In this document: positions 17,501-25,623 of the stretch, one piece after another | How positions within the stretch are numbered: the first letter of the stretch is position 1 | Layout of the letters: each line of letters opens with the position of its first letter | Origin: Abditibacteriaceae bacterium | Lineage (GTDB): Bacteria; Armatimonadota; Abditibacteriia; Abditibacteriales; Abditibacteriaceae | Direction: 5' to 3' | DNA length: 35,824 bases | Assembly (NCBI GenBank): GCA_031425655.1 | Contig: JANPJS010000121.1 | Coordinates: forward strand, 1 to 35,824 | The notes under the pieces: generated by a model | Told to the model about the DNA's origin: nothing | Database searches by the model: none | The model's input: the letters and a program-made list of their open reading frames with translations, nothing else | Program-made: the position numbers and the translations under genes

Positions 17501-20500
17501 AGCCGCGCTCAAGCTCGAAAAAGACGATGCCGGACGTTTAGCCGAGCGCGAAGTGCAAAACATGGCCGTCAAAACCGACGCGAGCGGCAAAGCGACGGCT
17601 TCGCTGGCCTTAACCGAATCGGGCGAATACATTTTGCGATTGACGGGTCAGGACGGCAACGGCAACCCGCTTTCCAGCGATCTTGCCACGCAAATCGTCG
17701 GCGACGAAGACAAAGTGCGTCTGCGCGTTTTGGCCGATGGCGACGCGTATAAAGCCGGCGGCAGCGCTGCGCTGCGCGTGGTCTGGCGCGGCGCGGAAAA
17801 AGTCGAAAATCAAGCCGAAGCGCCCGATGCCGCCGCGCCCAAACTCGCGCTCGTGACTTACGAAGGTGACCGCATTTTCGGCTATCAACTGGTGACGCTG
17901 AACAAAAGCGAAGACAACATCGTGACCGTTCCGCTGACTTTGCCGATGGCGCCGGTTTTCCGCGTTTCGATTGCGCTCATGGACGGCAATCAGTTCCACG
18001 AGGCCGCGAAATGGCTGAGTGTCGCGCATCAACTGAACGTCAAAATCAAAACCACGCAGGACAAATATCGCCCCGGCGCCAAAGTCAAAGCCGACATCGA
18101 AGTCACCGACCAAAACGGCAAGCCGGTCAGCGCCGAACTGAGCCTTGCCGTCGTGAATCAGGCGCTTTTGGCAGCGGCGGGCGGCGCTTCGACTTCGATT
18201 TCCGTCGCCGAACTGCTGCAAACGCGCGCCGCGCAAGATTCGCTCATCCAAACGCAAACCTCGGCCACGTTTCATTACGCCGCCGCTGCGCGCAAGCGTG
18301 TTTTGGAAGTAAAAGACACCGAAAGTCTGACGCGCACCATGTTAGCCGGCGTGGATGCCGGCGCCGATATTCCGCGCGGCCACTGGGCTTACGAGGCGCT
18401 GAACAAGCTGGCGCAGGCCGGTGTCGTGACCGGCGGCAATTACAACAGCAACCAGCAAATGACGCGCTACGAAGCCGCCGTCGCCGTCGCGCGCGTGCTG
18501 CAAAATCCGGCTATCGCCCAACTTTCCAGCACGCTCGGACGCCAACGCGCCGCCAACTCAGTTGGATTCGGTGGAGAAAATGGCATTGCCAACTTCACCA
18601 CGCGCCAAGAAAACAATGACTTGGTAGCCGCGCTGAGGAAAGAATTTAGCGACGAATTGAGCAGACTCGGCGTGAATACAGGTTCGCTCGAAGCCCGCGT
18701 GACAGCGCTCGACAGCCGCGTTTCCAACGCGCCGCCGCGCATGACGCTTTCGATGGGATCGCTGAACCGCAGCGGCGTAATTGCGGGCGGCGCTAATGGA
18801 GCCTTCGGCTTCGGCGGAGAAGGTTTTTCTGAAAACAACGAAGCTCTCGTCAGAGGCCAAAACAACTTATTTAAGTTGAACGGGAGAGCCGTCGCCAATT
18901 TACCCGCAGGGCGAGGAGCGCAAGGCGCTACTGGCGCGCAAGGCGCTACCGGCCCGCAAAGCGGCGCACGCCAACCGCAAAACGCGCAAGGCTTGTTCTA
19001 CGATAACGATTTTCAAATGCTCGGCTTGCCCGAAGGCATTGATGCGCTGGCCGCGATTGACGCGCAAAATGGCTTGCTCGTGCGTGGCGAAGGTCAAGCC
19101 GTCGAAATGTTCGCCGATTACGACGACGCCGAACGCTCGCAGCTTGCCGCCGCGATGCGCCGCCGCTTCGCCGAAACCGCGTTCTGGAGCGCGCAAATCG
19201 TCACCGACGAAAACGGCCACGCCAGCGCCGAATTCACCCTCCCCGACACCCTCACCGAATGGCGCTTGTCGGCGGCGGGCGTGACGCGCGATACCGTGGC
19301 CGGTGCGGGCGAAAGCAAAATCGTCAGCAGCAAATCGTTTTCGGTAGAAATCAAAGCGCCCGCGACTTTCCAGCAGGGCGACCGCGCGCAAATCGCCGCC
19401 GTGATTCACAACAACAGCAACGCGCCCGTGAAAGCGCAAGTCACTTTGCGCGCGAAGTTCGGCGCGACCGAAAAATCGCTGCCGCAAAGCGTGACGGTCG
19501 CGGCTAATGCCACGCAGCAAATCAATCTCGACCTCGATATTCCCGCCGTGCGCGAAGCGAAAATCTCCGCGACGGCAACGGGCGGCGGCGAGAACGACAC
19601 GCAGGAAATCACGCTGCCGGTGCAAGCGTGGGGCATCGAGCGCACCGATGTCGAAGGTGGCGTTGCCGAAGCCAGTCGCAACGTCGAACTCAAGCTGCCA
19701 ACCGCCAAATATCAAAGTTATCGCCTAAAAATCAACGTCGGGCCGAGTGTGCCGGCCACTCTCGTGGACATCGCGGCTAATGCCGGAGGCGAAGTCTGGC
19801 GCGCTCCACTCACGCCGTCCGCCGCGCATCGCGCGCTGGCGCTGTGCAGCGCCTTAGGCTATTTGAAGGCGCAAAACCGCGCGGCTCAGCCGATTTATGC
19901 GCGCCTTTCAAGCGATTTGGAAGCGCACGTCGCGCGCTTGTTGAAAGCGCAAAACCCCGACGGCGGCTGGGGTTGGACGCTGCCCGGCGCCAACGCCAAA
20001 GCCGAGCGCGAAGGCGACACGCAAACCACAGCCGACGCCGTGCTGGCCTTGTCGCAAGCCAAACTTCTCGGCTTCGCGGTGCCGCAAAAGGCATTGGCTA
20101 AAGCGCAAGAATTTCTTCAAACGCGCTACACGCAAACCGGCGAAAGCGCCAACGCGCAAAAAGCGATGATCGTTTATGCGCTGGGCGCTGCCGGAAGCAC
20201 CGATTTCGCGCCACTCAACCGTCTTTATCGGCTTCGCAACACGCTTGACGCGCGCGGTCTGGCCTATTTCGCCTTAGCTTTACGCGGCGCGAACCGCGAC
20301 CCCGAAGCGCAGGAAATCGTGCGTCTGCTTGAAGAACGCGTCTCGAAAGAGGCGCTAAAAACCGCCGCTATAGTCAAGCCCGCCGCCAATGCCTTAAACC
20401 TGCAAAACAGCGATGACGTAGCGTTGGTGACTTTAGCTGTCGCGCGTGTGACGCCAAAAAACCTGTTATTAAATGACCTCGGCGATTGGTTGTGGGCGCA

Positions 20501-23180
20501 TCGCTCCGGCCACGGCTGGGGCACGCCGCGCGCGACGGCGTGGGCGTTGGCGGCATTGGGCGCGCAGACCTTCGCCGCCAAAATCGCGCCCGAAAAATAT
20601 ACGCTCGGCGTCAGCGTCAACGGCAAAGAAATCAAGTCGGTTTCCGTGGACAGCGATGCCGAAACGTTGAATCTCGAAGCGCCCGCCGACTTGTTAATTG
20701 GCCCAAATGCGCGCGTGGACATCAACATGGCGGGCAAGGGAAAATACACTTTTTCGGCGCAATTTATCGGCTTCACGGACGAGGGCATTGTAGACGATGC
20801 GGCGCGGCGCAAGCTCGAAAGCGAAGACAAAAACTGGCGCGGCATTTCGACCGGGCCGTTATTCATCAACCGCACTTACACCCAAGCGCCGCTGCTTTTC
20901 GACGGCAAAGCCATTCCGCGCGGCTTCGATACGGTTTCCACCGACGCGACTTGGGAAAATTACGCGAATGATGTGAGCGTGGGCCGTCGCGTGCAGGTTC
21001 GCTTGGTTTGGTGGACGCCGAACGACACCGATTTAGGCGAAAATCGCGGCAATTACATCGTAGTGCGCGAGCCTTTGCCCGCCGGCTGCCGCGTAGATGA
21101 AAAGTCCATTCAGGGCGATTTCGAGCGTTACGAAGTCGTGGACGGCGCTCTTATCTTCTACTTTTACAACTTGCGCGACCCCGGCGTGACTTACGATCTT
21201 TACGGCGTGCGCGAAGGCACTTATCGCGTGCTGCCGACGAAAATCTGGGCCTTCGAGCGGCCCGGCCTGTATTCCTACGGCACTTTCAAAAACCTCACAG
21301 TGCTGCCGCGCGGGGCGGCGGGCAAAGACGTTTATCGCCTGACGCCCGACGAGCTGTATCATCTCGGCACGGCGCATTTCGAGCGCGCCGAAGCCGCGCG
21401 CAATGCCGGAAAAACGCCCGCCGCCGCTGATTTAGCTGACGCGGAAAAGCATCTGACCGAGCTATTCAACCGCGACGCTGACCCCAAAGGCTGGAAATTG
21501 CGCGACGACCCGGCGCGCGAAACGGTGAGGATGCTGTTTTCACTTTCGCTGCGTAAAAACGACGCCAAAAACACCGTGCGCTTCTTCGAGACGCTGCGCG
21601 AACGCTTCCCGCAAGTGGTGATCGGCTTCCGCGACATCGTGCAAACCGCACGCGCTTACGGAGCAATCGGTGAGCGCGAACGCGAAGTGCAGGTGCTTCG
21701 CAACACCGCCGAAGCCAGTTTCAGCCGCGAAGCGCAAGTCGCGGGCGCGCTCGAAGATGAAGGCGAATTCAAAGCTTCGTTCAACTACGTCGCTGAGAGG
21801 GCGCGCGAATATCCCGACGTGGCGAATGTCGAAAGCGCGCTTTATGCTCTGGCGCAAACCGTGGCGCAGCGCGCCGAAGCCGAGCGCAAAGCCGGCAACA
21901 AAGACAGCGACAAAGAACTCGGCCAACTCGCCGCGCAATTGCTGCGCGACTTTTTAGCAATGCACGCCGAAAACCCGGCCAGCGACGAAGCCTCGTTCGC
22001 CTATGCGGTGAATTTAGTCGAGCAGGAAAAGTTCGACGAAGCCGCCGCGTGGAGCCGCCGCAGCCTGACGCGCTACGCGAACAGCCCTTACGCCGACGAC
22101 CTGACTTACATCGCCACTTACGCCAGTTATTTGGGCGAAAAGTTCGATATGGCGCTGCAATTGGCGCAGGAGTTGGCGACAAAAGAATATGTGCAGGACA
22201 ACGGCGGCAAATCGCGCAGCGCCTATCGCGGCTTCGCTTTGTATATCGCGGCGCAGATTTTCCACGCGCGCGGCGATGCAGCAAGGGCCGTCGAATTCTA
22301 TAAACAGGTCGGCGCGCAATTCCCCGACGCGCGCGAATCGGCCACTTATTTTCTCAGCCGAGAGTTAAAAATGCCCGAAGTCACGGCGGTCGGCCCGGAC
22401 GAAGCGGCGAAGCTGAAAATCACGGCGCGCAACGTCAAAGAAGCGCAGATTTCGGTTTACAAAGTGGATTTGCTCAAGTTCTACCAGAACCGGCGCAATC
22501 TCAGCGATTTCAGCGCGATGAACTTGGCCGGCATCAAGCCGATCTGGGAAGGCACCATTGATTTGGGCGCGCTGGAATTCGTGGACAAAAGCAAAACGAT
22601 TGACTTGCCGCTGCCCGGCAAAGGCGCCTACTTCGTTTCGGTGAAAACCGACGACGGCGAAACGCGCCTGCAAACGTCCGGCGTAATTGTGCGCTCGGAA
22701 TTGCAACTCAACGTGCAGGAAGACGAAATGAGCGGGCGTGTGCGCGTCAACGTGGCGCGCCGCGCGCCCGAAGGCCAGCCGGCGCCTTTGCAGCCGCGCG
22801 CCGAAGTATGGGTCATCGGCTCGCAAAACCAGACGTTCCTCAAAGGCACAACGGATTTGCGCGGCGTCGTCACCGCCGACAACGTCAGCGGCGTGGCCAC
22901 CGTCATCGCCGCCAAAGACGGCGATTACGCTTTTTATCGCGGCACCAAATCTTTGCAGCGAATGCAATCCAGTGGCGGCGGCGCGGGCACTGTGCAACAG
23001 CCCAACGAAGCCGCCAAAAAATCGTTTAAGGAGCAGGCGCGTGATATTTACATCGGCAACAACGCGAAGGCTCAGGAGCAGCAGGCCGCAAACTATCGCG
23101 GCCTGCAAGGCAAAGGCAAAGACGGCAACAAACTCGGAACCGACAATATGCTCGGCGTCGCAGCGGGCCAAGCGTTTTGA
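14571..23180 (+). CDS. Giant secreted TPR + alpha-2-macroglobulin-like protein with internal SLH module (2869 aa)
   Basis: Signal peptide MSSKPLVCLALLFSTSFVFAQ, N-terminal TPRs, MG2 IYTDRPLYRAG, RRRFAETAFW...FTLPDTLTEWR, QNPDGGWGW, EPLPAGC, C-terminal TPRs, SLH DIPRGHWAYEAL...MTRYEAA. Confidence 0.9.
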   Translation: MSSKPLVCLALLFSTSFVFAQNSLLQQGREALTDRRYDEATRLLSQAAAPGQERADEAQLLLGHALLQAKQYEAALAAYDKLLRDFPQSPWRKKALFKKADVFMAQKQWDKAAAIYEPELDFIVSDERKEQVAEFYLKYANQYFEPPKNPKGETPAPNYAKAKTLFQKSLDIGLTPKKTEEVTLKIALADFRAGNWNEAIATLRALLTKFPGGAQSEEAKYHLGLANMKGGNDREARKVFRDFLRDYPEAKRRADVSYALAETYHVPQPRNAKELQLGVQALRDFIQQFPAHPKALQAGYYIGLSLFNLSRYEDAVKEFQAFITANARSTEDQVAQAKNQLGLALFRQKKYDAAIAAWETFLRDHPVHPQWTAVQRQVIDAQYAIGDEAYAAKKYDAARKAWQAFQDKYPLDQRNADIMFRLGVILSEDKQLDAAIEQWKKVASKYGGTEAASRAQFMIAMTYETQGRFEEAIVAHRAVTGKWQSEAQNRVAELQNRKMLVYTEHTFTTAETPALKLVTRNVPRVQLRAYRVDMNDYFRKLHTIRGVDALDLALIEPDWRWSLEIPDYKEFRQSDAQAPLPFKEPGVYAVVCSAPLDEKKENAPTLETTNVVLITDMGVITKITHNDALVFAQNQRTKAPWPNAQILLTDGRKIVATGTTNADGVFQWKNAEKADNTRPLSADVRVLAQHNGHFASTENNLNSVVRAAGFQPRALIYTDRPLYRAGHPVYFRAIVRQVENGQYSFKKGDEYQVEIADSGGATIFSKRLTLGDFGTVSGNLMLNNEAPPGRYTITVTRPREVVESDDPRIVPVADVAPRAANPRPKQQALSGTAYFAVAAYALEKVRLSIELPKSVYLRGEEIKGTVKAKYLHGEPLAKRKIRFGWNNEIGEEKETDAKGEFEFTIPTRRFEEDESVVLWARMEEENAGVQRATFVATVGVNATLSMLRDVHLVGEKFDLTVETKDLANKAFAGDFKLAALKLEKDDAGRLAEREVQNMAVKTDASGKATASLALTESGEYILRLTGQDGNGNPLSSDLATQIVGDEDKVRLRVLADGDAYKAGGSAALRVVWRGAEKVENQAEAPDAAAPKLALVTYEGDRIFGYQLVTLNKSEDNIVTVPLTLPMAPVFRVSIALMDGNQFHEAAKWLSVAHQLNVKIKTTQDKYRPGAKVKADIEVTDQNGKPVSAELSLAVVNQALLAAAGGASTSISVAELLQTRAAQDSLIQTQTSATFHYAAAARKRVLEVKDTESLTRTMLAGVDAGADIPRGHWAYEALNKLAQAGVVTGGNYNSNQQMTRYEAAVAVARVLQNPAIAQLSSTLGRQRAANSVGFGGENGIANFTTRQENNDLVAALRKEFSDELSRLGVNTGSLEARVTALDSRVSNAPPRMTLSMGSLNRSGVIAGGANGAFGFGGEGFSENNEALVRGQNNLFKLNGRAVANLPAGRGAQGATGAQGATGPQSGARQPQNAQGLFYDNDFQMLGLPEGIDALAAIDAQNGLLVRGEGQAVEMFADYDDAERSQLAAAMRRRFAETAFWSAQIVTDENGHASAEFTLPDTLTEWRLSAAGVTRDTVAGAGESKIVSSKSFSVEIKAPATFQQGDRAQIAAVIHNNSNAPVKAQVTLRAKFGATEKSLPQSVTVAANATQQINLDLDIPAVREAKISATATGGGENDTQEITLPVQAWGIERTDVEGGVAEASRNVELKLPTAKYQSYRLKINVGPSVPATLVDIAANAGGEVWRAPLTPSAAHRALALCSALGYLKAQNRAAQPIYARLSSDLEAHVARLLKAQNPDGGWGWTLPGANAKAEREGDTQTTADAVLALSQAKLLGFAVPQKALAKAQEFLQTRYTQTGESANAQKAMIVYALGAAGSTDFAPLNRLYRLRNTLDARGLAYFALALRGANRDPEAQEIVRLLEERVSKEALKTAAIVKPAANALNLQNSDDVALVTLAVARVTPKNLLLNDLGDWLWAHRSGHGWGTPRATAWALAALGAQTFAAKIAPEKYTLGVSVNGKEIKSVSVDSDAETLNLEAPADLLIGPNARVDINMAGKGKYTFSAQFIGFTDEGIVDDAARRKLESEDKNWRGISTGPLFINRTYTQAPLLFDGKAIPRGFDTVSTDATWENYANDVSVGRRVQVRLVWWTPNDTDLGENRGNYIVVREPLPAGCRVDEKSIQGDFERYEVVDGALIFYFYNLRDPGVTYDLYGVREGTYRVLPTKIWAFERPGLYSYGTFKNLTVLPRGAAGKDVYRLTPDELYHLGTAHFERAEAARNAGKTPAAADLADAEKHLTELFNRDADPKGWKLRDDPARETVRMLFSLSLRKNDAKNTVRFFETLRERFPQVVIGFRDIVQTARAYGAIGEREREVQVLRNTAEASFSREAQVAGALEDEGEFKASFNYVAERAREYPDVANVESALYALAQTVAQRAEAERKAGNKDSDKELGQLAAQLLRDFLAMHAENPASDEASFAYAVNLVEQEKFDEAAAWSRRSLTRYANSPYADDLTYIATYASYLGEKFDMALQLAQELATKEYVQDNGGKSRSAYRGFALYIAAQIFHARGDAARAVEFYKQVGAQFPDARESATYFLSRELKMPEVTAVGPDEAAKLKITARNVKEAQISVYKVDLLKFYQNRRNLSDFSAMNLAGIKPIWEGTIDLGALEFVDKSKTIDLPLPGKGAYFVSVKTDDGETRLQTSGVIVRSELQLNVQEDEMSGRVRVNVARRAPEGQPAPLQPRAEVWVIGSQNQTFLKGTTDLRGVVTADNVSGVATVIAAKDGDYAFYRGTKSLQRMQSSGGGAGTVQQPNEAAKKSFKEQARDIYIGNNAKAQEQQAANYRGLQGKGKDGNKLGTDNMLGVAAGQAF

Positions 23181-23190
23181 GCCAAATAGC

Positions 23191-23228
23191 AACGGGCCAC
23201 TCTGATTTTCATCAGAGCGGCCCGTTTT
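23191..23228. terminator. Terminator between convergent genes
   Basis: aacgggccactctgat-tttc-atcagagcggcccgtttt. Confidence 0.8.
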
Positions 23229-23244
23229 GCAGAGGAATAAACAC

Positions 23245-24036
23245 TCACACCTGCAAGCCGACTTCAAACGTCGCGGTGTAGCCGGCATCCTTCGCCGTGG
23301 GCGTAATCAGCAGATGGCTGCCGCCGTCGCGGAAAATGCCGTCCTGCGCGTTACGCATTTCGAGTCTGCCGTTGGCCGCGTAGGGCGCCTGCGGGAAGAC
23401 TTTGTCGCTCAGCGCGTCATCGAAGAACAATTGCGAAGTGAATTCGTAGTTGCGATTCGCTTTCTGCGTGCGAATCTTGAAATGAAGATGCACCGCGCGG
23501 CCTCGATACCAACCGGGATAAATGGTGGTGAAACGCGCCAAGCCGTCTTTGTCGGTCATTTGGTAGCCGCGCAGGAACTTTTGTCCCAGAGTTCCGTTTT
23601 CGCGCACATCCGAATAGCGTCCCATTGCGTCGCAGTGCCAGACATCCACCATCGCGTTCGGCAACGGGCCGCAGCCATCGGCAAAGCCATAAACCTTGAA
23701 GGTCAAATCCAGCAGCGCGCCCGGTTGGACGATTTTGCTTTGCGGATCAGAGCGAATGTCGGAGCGATTGAGTTTCTCGTCCACGAAAAACGGCCCTTCG
23801 GTGAGTTCCGGCTTGGCGAAGCAGCCGTTGGCGACAAAAGCGCCGCCTCGTCCGGGGCCACCCGGCCCGCCGGGGCCGCGTCCCCTACCCGGCCCGCCAC
23901 GAGGGCCATCGGGCGGAGGGCCGGGTTGTCCGAAGGCGCGCGGCCCCAAAAGAGCGGCTGCGCCGCCTATGCCCAGCAAAGCCAGCGCCTCACGGCGCGA
24001 GAGAATGCGTCCCACGGGACGATCATCGTTTTCCAT
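23245..24036 (-). CDS. Intradiol ring-cleavage dioxygenase-family protein with Tat signal
   Basis: SRREAL Tat motif, EGPFF, WHCDAMGRYS, TIYPGWYRGRAVHLH (Tyr/Tyr/His/His Fe ligands), FTSQLFF. SD GGAGG before the Met at 24036. Confidence 0.88.
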   Translation of the reverse strand: MENDDRPVGRILSRREALALLGIGGAAALLGPRAFGQPGPPPDGPRGGPGRGRGPGGPGGPGRGGAFVANGCFAKPELTEGPFFVDEKLNRSDIRSDPQSKIVQPGALLDLTFKVYGFADGCGPLPNAMVDVWHCDAMGRYSDVRENGTLGQKFLRGYQMTDKDGLARFTTIYPGWYRGRAVHLHFKIRTQKANRNYEFTSQLFFDDALSDKVFPQAPYAANGRLEMRNAQDGIFRDGGSHLLITPTAKDAGYTATFEVGLQV

Positions 24037-24154
24037 GTCAGCCTCCAAATGCGTTTTCACACCTTTTAATTTACGAAGTGGCACCCAAAAGTAGGGTGAC
24101 GACTGAGCGAAGAATTGACAGGATTTGTTAACGGCACTTCGTCGAAACCATGTG

Positions 24155-25423
24155 TCACGCGCCGCGCGCGAGTTCTTTTTTCAGAACAGCCATCGTTTCG
24201 CCAAAGCGATTCATCACACGCTCGCGCGCTTTGAGCGCTTTGGCTTTGGCCGCCGCCGGGTCTTGCGCGAGGGAAAGCACGGTCGGCACGAGGTTTTTTA
24301 CTTCGTCGGGCTTGTCCATGTCGAAAAGCCAGTCGCCGAGGCCGATGTCGCGCCACATCAAACCTTTGCTGGTTTGCTCCGAAAAGCGGCCCACGATGGC
24401 CGGAATGCCGTTGCCGATGCACATAATGGGCGAGTGCATTTCGAGTCCAAAGAGTCCCGCCGAGCGCACATAAGTGCTGAGCGCTTCGTCGGTCAGCCAA
24501 TACTTTTCGCGCCACACGACTTTGGCTTTCACGTCATCGGGCAGTTTGTCCACGAGGTTTTCTTTGCCGATTTCCATTTGGCTGGAATCCTCCGGGCACA
24601 CCAGCACCTTCATCGGCGTTTGGCGCGCGACGGCGATAATCGCTTCGCGCAGCGGCGCCAGATCGTTTTCTTTCATCGCCTCGTTGCGCGCGTGCTTCCT
24701 TTCGTCAAAACCAACGCCGGGCTTCATCTTCCAATACGGCGTGAAGCGCAAACGCGGAATGCAACAGAGAAACTTGCCGTCTTCGAGATTATTGGCTTTG
24801 AGAAAGGCTTCGGCTTTGGCATCGTCGCGCAAATCGGTGCCGAAAGCGCCGTCCTGCCCAACTTCGGCAATCGGGCAAATGCAGCCCTTCTTTTTGGCGA
24901 GTTCCAACGATACGGAATCGCGGAAATACACGAAGCGCGCGGCGTTGAAAAGCTCGATGGTTTTCGCCAGCGCGCTGTCGGGTGCAGGTTGAGTCGCAGT
25001 GGAATCCTGCGCAGAAAACGTGATGCCGTAAATGCCGTAAGGCTTGCCCGTTTCGGCCCGCCAACGCGCCACATCCTTTTCCGCCACCAGCGACGGCCCG
25101 GAGCCGTGCAGCAGAAAATCGCACTCGTCGAAAGCGGTTTTGATGGCGGCGGCGCCTTGCACAATCGCCACTTTCGAAAAGCGCTTTTGCAGCATTTCCC
25201 TGACGCCGTTGTCCACGCTGCTCGGCCACAAACGCACTTCGGCGTCGGGAATGTGCTGTTCGAGCAGTCGCAGCACGCCCGGCGTGTGCGCGATGTCGCC
25301 GATGTTGACGGTTTGCCACGACGAACGCAGCAGTATCTTCGGCGGGCGCCCATCCGCCGCGCGAGCCGCGCCCGCCAGAGCCACAGCCATTGTCATTTGT
25401 AAAAACTCCCGTCGTGTTGTCAT
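24155..25423 (-). CDS. Polysaccharide pyruvyl transferase-family protein with Tat signal
   Basis: MTTRREFL Tat motif, NIGDIAH, HGSGP, YFRDSVS, DGAF, EMHSPI. Confidence 0.82.
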   Translation of the reverse strand: MTTRREFLQMTMAVALAGAARAADGRPPKILLRSSWQTVNIGDIAHTPGVLRLLEQHIPDAEVRLWPSSVDNGVREMLQKRFSKVAIVQGAAAIKTAFDECDFLLHGSGPSLVAEKDVARWRAETGKPYGIYGITFSAQDSTATQPAPDSALAKTIELFNAARFVYFRDSVSLELAKKKGCICPIAEVGQDGAFGTDLRDDAKAEAFLKANNLEDGKFLCCIPRLRFTPYWKMKPGVGFDERKHARNEAMKENDLAPLREAIIAVARQTPMKVLVCPEDSSQMEIGKENLVDKLPDDVKAKVVWREKYWLTDEALSTYVRSAGLFGLEMHSPIMCIGNGIPAIVGRFSEQTSKGLMWRDIGLGDWLFDMDKPDEVKNLVPTVLSLAQDPAAAKAKALKARERVMNRFGETMAVLKKELARGA

Positions 25424-25492
25424 TACTCGAAGTATAAACCTCTCGTGTTGGGCGCACCGAACGAGCGCGTGGCCTGTCACTTTGTAAGCGAG

Positions 25493-25604
25493 AGGACTTA
25501 CGCAAAATGACGCGTTTTACCCCCACCCAACCTCCCCCGGAGGGGGAGGAGCCGTCGCTCCCCTCCCTTTGGGAGGGGCTGGGGGAGGGCTACGCGTAAG
25601 TCCT
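25493..25604. mobile_element. MITE-like element with 11-bp TIRs enclosing an intact CCCC/GGGG REP-like core
   Basis: aggacttacgc (25493-25503) / gcgtaagtcct (25594-25604). Core 25520-25590 closely resembles the core at 551-886. Confidence 0.7.
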
Positions 25605-25623
25605 AAGTGAGAGGAATTTGAGC

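Noticed and set aside
18915..18962. Collagen-like protein call
   Set aside because: Only about five Gly-X-Y triplets, too short for a collagen domain. Kept as part of the A2M bait finding.
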